64,000 nt of DNA from Octopus vulgaris. Its lineage: Eukaryota. The position numbers were made by a program, and so were the translations under genes. Below are positions 54,877-64,000 of this stretch, piece after piece (the stretch's first letter is position 1; every line of letters starts with the position of its first letter). The notes beneath the pieces are model-generated. The model did not search any database and had not been told where the DNA came from. It worked only from the letters and a program-made list of their open reading frames with translations. Location of the stretch: positions 51,894,001 through 51,958,000 of the forward strand of contig OX597816.1 in NCBI GenBank assembly GCA_951406725.2. The letters run 5' to 3'.

Positions 54877-56087
54877 GTAGCCCTACAGCGAGGATAAAAA
54901 ATGCCGATTAATGCTAATTATAACATGAGTATTTTATCCAATAGTTTATCGAAAATGCTAAACTGAATCCTCCAAAATGTCATTATATTAAATATCAATG
55001 AGACACTCATTACACTCTCAAAGACAGGAGGTTGTATTTTGTTCATAAAACGACGTCATCTAAATGATTTTTTTTAGATACCTAACCGTGTACACTCTCT
55101 ACCCATAACCACTTTTCTTCTCTCTGTGAAACACATTGTATTTCCCTATCCAAATCGAAATACGTTTTCCAGTTCTCTCTTTTCATTTCCGTACACCCTA
55201 TGATTTCATGATTTTTTATCTGCATCAGAGGCCTAAAAATACTCAAATTGAATACTGATTAGATCAATGATGTAATATTTGAAGGGTTTCTTCAGGAACA
55301 TTATTCGATTCTTGTATTGGCTCTTTATTGATCTCGAAAAGTTAAAAAAAACTGAAGTGGGTGATATTTGAACTCAGAAGTCTAAACTACAAGGTATTTT
55401 GCACAATGCATTAACAATTGTCATTCTACAACCTTCTAAATAACTATTTCTGATATATGGAAATGAATACCCAAAAATATATGCGGAGCTAAGTCACTTA
55501 AATCGACACTGAACTCAAGCATAGATGTTGATCTTCGCAGGATTTGAAACCAGAACTGAAATAAATTTTATTAAGACTAACTAAAGGCTCTTCGAACCTA
55601 CAGCTGTTTGTCTCTAAAATACACACAAGACCAGAGATCAGGAAATGAAGTACTTGTACGATTTTATATTTACTTAATCCCGGAAAGGCTTAAATAGAAA
55701 TTAACCTTGGCGAGATTTGGCTGCAGAATGTAAAGAGCGGAACATCCACCGTTCTACATAGTAATAATTGTATCAATAATACTTGAAATGCTGGTTGTGA
55801 AAACACTCTGTAATATGTGATGAAATATTGAATTATTATCGGGAGTGTCAGTTAATATTTTCTATAACTTTTTTCTTGTTTTTGCTTTATGAGCGATATC
55901 AAAATAAAATTTATGAGTAGGATATGGCCGTTAAGTGAATATTTTTCGTATTGGTTATTGAACTAAAACCATAACTGGATGTTAGGCATAAAAATTATGA
56001 AAAAAGGAAAACGGAAATGTAAAAATCAATGATCAATTTATAATAATATAGATTGCCTCAGTTGACGTTCAAAGTTGATAAAATTGA

Positions 56088-56170
<83 letters not shown>

Positions 56171-57784
56171 ATTTAGGTGTGTATGTATCTATGTATATAT
56201 GTATATATATTTATCGATGTACAGATGCATGCATATGCGTTTGTTGTATATATATATACATACATACATTAACATGCATAGTTAGGTAGATTTATGTATA
56301 TACATATATATGTGTATGAGTTTGATGTGTGTATATATATATGTGTGTGTGTAGGTGGGTATACATACATATATTAATTTACACATATGTATGCATGCAT
56401 AAAGTTCTTAGGATGAGGACAAATATAGCCTAAAGGGCATTTTAATAAAATTACATGGAAATTGTGGAGTCTAATAAGGAAAACAATTTGAAATATATAG
56501 GCGTATGTATCTGTGTGTGCCTGTATATGTGTGTGTGTGTGTGTGCGAGCATGCGTGTATGTATGTATGTATATTTACTTTCCAATGTGTACACATACTA
56601 CCCAAATTTTAAATGTTTGTTTCCAGTGAAAAAACATGTTGCTTTCACATGTACACAATTTAATTCTGCTTTCACTGTAGTTTTCGCAGAAATAGGCGTA
56701 TAACGACTGATAAGTTATATTACTAACCCTCTACGTTCCTATTGCTAATAGCAATGTGATCTACATTTTTTCTTATATATTGAAGATTGAAGACGTAACA
56801 CATATATGAAAACTCGGAGTATAGTTTTGAACATTTTCACTGTATACACCTTTAAAAGCATAGGGTGCTGTTACTAAAATAACGAAGAGACATTTAACTA
56901 AATTTATTCGAACTGTTGAGCAGGGCGGACAATATTGAAGCCATCGTTTTCATGTAATATAACTTTAGTATCTAACCTTGATATAAGTTATGCGTCTCCA
57001 GGCTGCACTTTTATGATTAGTTGAACATAAAAATACCAAGAACAATTTTCCAATGCGACTGCTTTTCGAAAGAAACCGTATACTCCGTCTCTGTAGCATT
57101 ACATTTTTCAAAGTCTAATTTATAACCTCATTACATGCACCAATCTATTAATAAGATATATAAGAGATGGTCAAAAACATAGACGTAGGATTGGCTCAGT
57201 ATACATGCATCACATAAAAAAGTTCTCTTTACAGTAAGGGTAGTACGAGAATACAAAGTAGCAAGTTAAACGAACAGACTGAAATGTTGACACTCCACGC
57301 AGAGGCCTCAATTAAGACTTTACAACTTGGTTGGATCTAGACGTATACAATCAATACGTATTTTAACTTACGATAATAAATGTTTTAATTATGTATGCAA
57401 TTATATTTCAAGATGCTGCATTCTTGCACATAGAAGATTTTAAATGACATTTCCACGAGAAGACAGATCTTTGATCTTAGTGTATTGACATATATGACAT
57501 ATTTTATGGAATATTTCCATTTTTTTTCTTAGCTTTTTCCTCAAACAAGCTGCCGCTAGCATTTTTACTTATAAATCATAAGTCCACCACTTACCTATTT
57601 TCTCGTATTTAGTCAACTTTAAAACAGAAACTAGAACACTACAGTAGTAGAATAATACATGAAACTTCAGATCACTTTCATACTTTACATGATACATCTT
57701 CCATCATTTCAGTCGTGTCGGATGACATATAATTCTTATCAGGAGAGAAAAGAACTACTTCAGTGTATTTATGATTCCCAGAAG

Positions 57785-58624
57785 AGGGTCCATAGTTTTC
57801 ATCAGACTAGATTTCAGGTAAAGATTTAAGAATGACAATCCTGTTATAGGACTTACTACTTCTGTATAATTTGGACATATACTTTGGGTTATTGTTTTTA
57901 GTCACAGGGAAGACATTGTCCATACCTCAATATAAATCCAACGAATCTGGCGTGAGGGTGTCAAGAAGATGTCTTTAAATTGGTGACCTGGTCCGAAAGA
58001 TTGCAGCAAAGTGGGCCCCGCTAAAAGCACAAGACCCAAATTGCTGGGTACCGCAACACAAATTTTATCTTAACTACCATTATCGTTGTAGGTGGTAAAT
58101 TGACAATTTTTTTTGTATAATGCCTCAAGCTGTTTGTTCTGATTTTTGCATTCTGATTTCAAATTCTGCCATGGTTAGCTTTGCGTTCCATTTGTGTGTA
58201 GGAGTGGTCAATAAAATGTGCCAATTTAGGGCGAAGGACTGCCGGAAATGTAAAAACCAATCGCACAGGATGATTTTCAGTGTTTGTTCCTGCTCTTTAC
58301 GTTGTGAGTTCAAGTCACACCATGGTCTAAGGGGCGGCGGGCATGTTTAATTTGGCATCGAGTCTAATACCAACACCTGGCAATTTGGCTCCTTTGCTTT
58401 TAGTGGGGCCCACTTTGTTGCAATCTTTCGGACCAGGTCACCAATTTAAAGATATCTTCTTGACACCCTCACGCCAGATTCGTTGGCTTTATAATGAGGT
58501 ATGTGACTAAAAACAATAACCCAATGTATATGTCCGAATTATACAGAAGTAGTGAGTCCTATAACAGGATTGTCATTATTAAATCTTTACCTGAAATCTA
58601 GTCTCATGAAAACTATGGACCCTC
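57785..58624. repeat. Long inverted repeat with ~250-265-bp arms (57785-58049 / 58376-58624)
   Basis: GAGGGTCCATAGTTTTCA...CCAAATTGC is the reverse complement of GCAATTTGG...AAAACTATGGACCCTC, with scattered mismatches and one ~16-bp indel. The spacer holds decayed SINE B-like sequence. Confidence 0.9.
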
Positions 58625-59971
58625 AAGGCATAGGAAATTCATTATGTTGAGCTGGACACTTCCTCTGACACACAAATTATTTTAAACTAGATGAATATTC
58701 ATGAGATGAGATAGTTGACTAAGTGATTTGCATTCTAAATTATGCCCCTGAAAACATATTTCAAATCTAATACAACTTTTAATATAATGAAATTATTCTT
58801 TTAAAGATCAACCGGCTGGTTTTTTTTATATAAAAACACATTAATAATAGTAATTCACCGAAAGAAACGATAAATGTTTGCTTCTAAATATTTCTTCATA
58901 ATCAAATGGAGTATTGAAAATATATATTACAAATAATAAGCACTTAAAAGGAATAGCTATGAAAAGAATATAAAGTGTTTATTTTGTTTATAGCATACAT
59001 TTTATTAGTTTCTGTGCATATGTGTGATATGTGTGTATGTATGTATGTATTTTTGTATGTATGTTTGATTGTTGATATGTGTGTGCGTGTGCGTGTTGTA
59101 TGTTTCTAGGTGTGTGTATGAAATGTTGCAAATGATATAAAAATTAGTCTTAATTGCATCTAATAAATGAAGGATAAGTATGACAGTCAGAGTAAGAGAT
59201 TGATGTAGCATATGGCGTGTATATCTACTAAAATAGAACTAACTGTGCTGATTTGATTGTTCTTTTACATTCACTTTATGGTATTTGTTTTGAATACTAA
59301 GAAGAAATCACATGGTCCATCTGTTTCAAGTTCCCGTTCCCTGTCGTAGTAAAAACAGAATATTACAAATAATTATCTTTACTACATTATAATATACACA
59401 CAACAATATGTAACAGCTGGGCTAGTTTAATAAATAGACATACAACTAACTGTAAGTCTACAACTGCGATTCCGTTTTGCTAACATGCACTAACAAGAGC
59501 TCAGTCAGTCAAATCTGAAATATCTGAGTGCGCATATGGCTAGAAAGTGTTCCAGTAAGGAACTAATAGTACAATAGTAAACCACACCAGTGTACTGTGA
59601 AACTCATTAGAACGTACATCATTAGAATATAGTACAATTTAAAAGTGAAATTTAGTATGATTTAAGACAAGGATATGCTATATGTAAGAAACTAATAGTA
59701 GAGTGGCATCAACAGCAGAACATTTCAAGTGATTGCTATCATTAAAATACTTCAAGTAGGATTGTTTCAATTCACAAAGTGCTAGCCAAGTTTATACATG
59801 TGTGTGTTTATATGTCTTTGATCGCCTGTACTATGTATATATGTGAATACATATTAATATTCAAATATATATAGTTAATCTAATCATGAACAAAGAGAAA
59901 ACACAACAACGTGAGGACGTGGAACAAGTATTGTGTTATTGGACGCTCAGGAAACGAAAGAAGGAAGGAGG

Positions 59972-60006
59972 ATTTAAAGTTTCGAGCGGAGCTCTTCGTC
60001 AGAGAC
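59972..60006 (-). ncRNA. Minimal hammerhead-like motif within a ~190-bp element (59873-60062)
   Basis: Minus strand GTCT-CTGACGA-A-GAGC-TCC-GCTC-GAAAC-TTT-AAAT. The CUGANGA core is canonical; stems I and III are partly decayed. Confidence 0.55.
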
Positions 60007-60069
60007 ATAGAAAAAGGAGAGGTTCAAGGAAGGGAAGGCGGAGAAAGAAAATCGCCAACGATACATACT

Positions 60070-60275
60070 AAGGCTGAGGGTTGGCAGAATCGTTAGCCCG
60101 CCGAGCAAAAATAATTAGCTGGTCTTTACGTTCTTAGTTAAAATTTCGCCGAGGTCGAGTTCGCTTTTCATCCTTTTGGGGTCGATAAACTAAGTACTAG
60201 TTCAGCACTGGGGTTGATGTAATTGACTCATTCCCTTCTCCAAAGTTGATGGTGGTCTGCTAAAATCTGAAATCG
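60070..60275 (+). mobile_element. Diverged SINE family B
   Basis: TGGCAGAATCGTTAGC...GCCGAGGTCGAG...GGGGTCGATAAA. Confidence 0.7.
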
Positions 60276-60853
60276 GTATTTATATACGTATTACGTATGT
60301 GAATGTATATCTATGTATGAAGCTGTCTTCTTATCTATCTATGTATACGTACATACATACAAATTTTCATGCTCAAATTTATTGTGAGATGTTCACAGAT
60401 AAATGTATATTTTGTTCAATGGTTATTTATCAGAGAAATTCGTTTTTCTAGACAATTAAAATCAGTTTTATCAGCAATAATAGAAACAAGATGCTGTCTA
60501 CCGCTAGAAGAAACATAAAGCTGTTTAATTGCCTTCAGTTAAAATACAAGGTACCAAAAACTGAACCACGAATCAATAACCTAAGTAACATCTTTATAAA
60601 TTGAAAAATATTTCACTGAAACATGTTCGTATGATGTAGAATTCTTTTTGCTTTTATTTCCCTTCCATTGCAGTGCTGCACTTTGGTTCTTTCCGCAATG
60701 TTTTTGTGTCACGTATCAGTTGTTATATGAGAAATGGTTGATTGTCCTACGCTCGTAATTTCTCCATCTCTAGTAAAAGAAGCTTTGGTGGATGTCTCCC
60801 AAGATTACTTTTCCCAATGTAATATTTCTGACCGTAAAAGAGAGAGAACGAGT

Positions 60854-60889
<36 letters not shown>

Positions 60890-61153
60890 AAGAGAAAGAG
60901 TGTATTGTGTGAGTGAGTGAGTGAATACGTGAAAGACAGAAACAGAAAGAGAAATTTTTCCCCCAGAATTTGACTGATGTATTTGTTGAAGCCCTGGAAG
61001 GTTCAAAGGCAAATTTAACTGTCAGAACAAATAAAACAAGATATGCTAACTGGTGCCTAAATGTCTCGATCAATACGCCATATATATCTCAATGTAACTC
61101 TATTTTGTATTACTTTATTAGTTATATTAACTAATTATTACCATATCATGTAC

Positions 61154-61195
<42 letters not shown>

Positions 61196-61659
61196 ATCTA
61201 ATGATCGAGGTGTTGGAAGAAAGTTAGCTTCAAGCACACCGTTATAAATATTTAAAAAAACAACTTTCATGGACAATATTTGTTTATTGAGAAGCTGTTG
61301 CTTTTTCTTGTTATCGAAGTACGATAAATTGAAAGAATTTACGGTAGGCAACGAAGGTTGCCGAGTATGGGAATAAGAATAATAGTCATAGTTAAGGAAT
61401 GGAATAGATGCATGTGTTTCATACCGAGCGGAACCTCGGAAATGGTGAATATCCAAGCGAGGTGACTCTCCAGGTCAAAGATATCTTGATTAAATGAAAG
61501 TTTACACTGTCGCAAGGATGTGTATGTTAACTCGTGGTACATACAAACAGAATGTGTAGAGGGCACACAATGAGTGGAGAATTTAAGGGTGGAGAGAAAT
61601 TAGGATTAAAAAAGGGAAAAAACAAAAACATTAGGGAGTGAGAAGAAATATATATATAC

Positions 61660-61732
<73 letters not shown>

Positions 61733-61733
<1 letters not shown>

Positions 61734-61870
61734 GCGCAGGAGTAGCTGTGTGGTGAGTAGCTTGTTTACAAACCACATGTTTCCAGGTTCATTCCCACTG
61801 CGTTGCACCTTGGACAAGTGCCTTCTACTATAGCCTCGGGCCGACCAAGGCTTTCTTAGTGGATTTGGTA
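61733..61870 (+). mobile_element. SINE family A head
   Basis: AGGAGTAGCTGTGTGGTGAG...GGTTCATTCCCACTGCG...CTACTATAGCCTCGGGCCGACC. Confidence 0.85.
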
Positions 61871-61905
61871 TATATATATATATATATATATATATGTAAT
61901 CTATG

Positions 61906-61950
<45 letters not shown>

Positions 61951-62229
61951 ATATATATATATGTATATAGTGTAGGTATCAGTTAGAGAAATTTAATACT
62001 TCTAATGGATAGTTAAATCCAAAGGATCTCCTGGTTATTACCTGAGTAGGTACAGTCTTTTGTAAATTTGTACAGTAGGTGGTAGTTCAGTAGTTCGACC
62101 GTAGTTTAGGTTACATACGGGAAGAAAATAGATGCAAATAACAAGGGGAAACTCGTCGTTTTCGCTGGTACACCATTACCTATGTATCAATAATTTTCGC
62201 CTTCTGACCGATGTATTAATCCATTTTTC

Positions 62230-62280
62230 GCATTCCGTAGATATTTACTAAAACTAGTAAATTGAAACGATCCTAAATGC
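62230..62280 (+). ncRNA. Hammerhead-fold motif with variant or decayed core
   Basis: GCATT-CCGTAGA-T-ATTTACTA-AAAC-TAGTAAAT-T-GAAA-CGATCC-TA-AATGC: perfect 5-bp stem I and 8-bp stem II. Confidence 0.6.
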
Positions 62281-62420
62281 TACGTTCTTCTTTGTTACTT
62301 AATTAAATTAAAGACATACCAGCGAAAACAACGACTTTCTCCTTATTTACATCCATTTTCTTCTCATATATATATAAGTCCGTAAATGGTGGGGTTGTTT
62401 TCACCGCAAGTGGAGAAATA

Positions 62421-62612
62421 ATAGGAGAGGAAAAAATAATAACGCAGAATGCTAAATTGAAAGTAAATTTTAATAAAAATGGGTGTATGAAAAATTGAAA
62501 AATTAAAAATTAAAATTTTTTTCTTTTTTTTCTTTTTTAATTTTTCATACACCCATTTTTATTAAAATTTACTTTCAATTTAGCATTCTGCCTTATTATT
62601 TTTTCCTCTTCT
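62421..62612. repeat. Fold-back hairpin with ~75-bp arms
   Basis: GAGGAAAAAATAATAA.GCAGAATGCTAAATTGAAAG...GGGTGTATGAAAAA and its reverse complement, ending at (TA)n. Confidence 0.9.
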
Positions 62613-62922
62613 ATATATATATATATATATATATGCAGAGGCAGGAAGACAGACAGACAGTGGATAGATACTTAGATAAATAGACTAAAAGACAGACAGA
62701 TAGAGAGATAGATATGGATATGTATACATGCATATTTACACCTTATATGTGTGTGCATGTATGATGTATATATGTATGTATTTATGTATGTGTGTATGTA
62801 TGTGTGTGTATGTAAGAATATATGTAATTTTGTATATATGTATGAGTTTGTTTGTATGTATACGTAATTGCGCTGAAATATATGCAATATAGAGCGAGTT
62901 AAGATGTCCCATTTCCGTCTCA

Positions 62923-63117
62923 AATATTGCTCTTCAGAAAGCTGTGAACAACACTTTATCGTATTTCTTTGAATGCAGGTTCAGCAAAAGAAACCGATAG
63001 AATAAGTGCTAGGCTTACAAAGACTAAGTCCTGTGGTCGATTTGCTTGACTAAAGGCGGTGCTCCAGCATGGCCATAGTCATATGACTGAAGCAAATAAA
63101 ACAATAAGACAATAAAA

Positions 63118-63167
<50 letters not shown>

Positions 63168-63421
63168 TTTTATTGTTTTATTGTTTTATTTGCTTCAGTC
63201 ATATGACTATGGCCATGCTGATATCGTTTTATTGTTTTATTGTTTTATTTGCTTCAGTCATATGACTATGGCCATGCTGGAGCACCGTCTTTAGTCAAGC
63301 AAATCGACCACAGGACTTAGTCTTTGTAAGCCTAGCACTTATTCTATCGGTTTCTTTTGCTGAACCTGCATTCAAAGAAATACGATAAAGTGTTGTTCAC
63401 AGCTTTCTGAAGAGCAATATT
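62923..63421. repeat. ~500-bp palindrome centred on (TA)n, including a SINE A 3' part
   Basis: 62923-63120 is the reverse complement of 63224-63421 with about 2 mismatches. An extra 59-bp partial copy lies at 63162-63220. Confidence 0.92.
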
Positions 63422-63434
63422 ATATATATATATA

Positions 63435-64000
63435 TATAATTTCAACAATTGAGGGTAAAATTAATTAATTATTAATCAATTTCACCAAGTGTTCAGTATG
63501 CAAAGGGACCATTTAAGGCGAATTCAAATTATTACATTATATAAAAGGGCTTAGTAAAATAAATTACTTTGCCGCATACTGAACTCATTAGAAATAGCAG
63601 CTAAAAAACTTTTTTTAAAGCTATTTCTAATACTTAAAGAAAATCTCTCTCATATATAGTGTTTGCTTAATTCAACTCACAAAAGTTTGGGGGTAAGGAC
63701 ATCAAAAAATCAAATGCTAAGGTTATTTGAGAACGTACGTTTCAAGATTAGTCATAACAACACTTCTATCATCAGCTCAGAAACTCCTTGGTTTGGATTT
63801 GGAAACACTGAAAGTAAGAACATACCCTTTCGAAGATCCGCTCGTAACTAACAGTGCCAACAAACCCAAATAAGCAAGCGAAGAATTTCTGTTCTCCCCT
63901 TTCCACCAGCGTGGGTTAAAATCATCAAACACTATGCTTATTTCGGTAAAATCCGAAGCATTAATTAGAGGGAGATTAATTATAATTTCAACAATTGAGG
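63435..64000 (-). mobile_element. HHR-bearing PLE pLTR / retrozyme-like unit with a 546-bp repeat period, running off the window edge
   Basis: TATAATTTCAACAATTGAGG at 63435-63454 and 63981-64000; abuts (TA)n; contains an HHR. Confidence 0.6.
63728..63779 (-). ncRNA. Near-canonical type I hammerhead ribozyme
   Basis: Minus strand TGAG-CTGATGA-TAGAAGT..ACTAATCTT-GAAA-CGTACG-TT-CTCA: stem I TGAG/CTCA, palindromic stem III, GUU triplet, U.U at the base of stem II. Confidence 0.72.

Noticed and set aside
57790-57810. CTGATGA on the minus strand in the inverted repeat arm
   Set aside because: Not followed by a stem II and GAAA, and the other arm has CTCATGA.
60970-61025. CTGATGT plus a hairpin resembling an HHR
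   Set aside because: GAAA and stem I are absent.
61405-61478. Minus-strand CTGGAGA...GAAACACATGCA
   Set aside because: Stem I and the base of stem II do not pair convincingly.

Overview
AT-rich, repeat-saturated metazoan DNA, intergenic or intronic. The SINE and microsatellite content suggests a coleoid cephalopod such as Octopus (inference). I found no supportable host protein-coding exon, and most ORFs in the track are microsatellite translation artefacts. The window holds a full-length dead mariner, several mariner/Tc1 derivatives and MITEs, four tRNA-derived SINE families, a tRNA-Asp pseudogene, a young CR1-type LINE 3' end, an R4/Dong-type LINE 3' end inside (TAA)n, and Penelope-like element (PLE) RT and GIY-YIG fragments. 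The main hidden signal is about ten type I hammerhead ribozyme (HHR) motifs in at least seven apparently unrelated short elements, nearly all in or next to (TA)n/(CA)n tracts. Two motifs are fully canonical (14261-14354 +, 33881-33973 -), one is near-canonical (63728-63779 -), and the rest have variant or decayed cores, some with compensatory stem changes. This points to a dense PLE-pLTR/retrozyme-like self-cleaving RNA system that targets microsatellites, alongside several fold-back inverted duplications. All structures were folded by eye, so coordinates may be off by a few bases and activity is untested.
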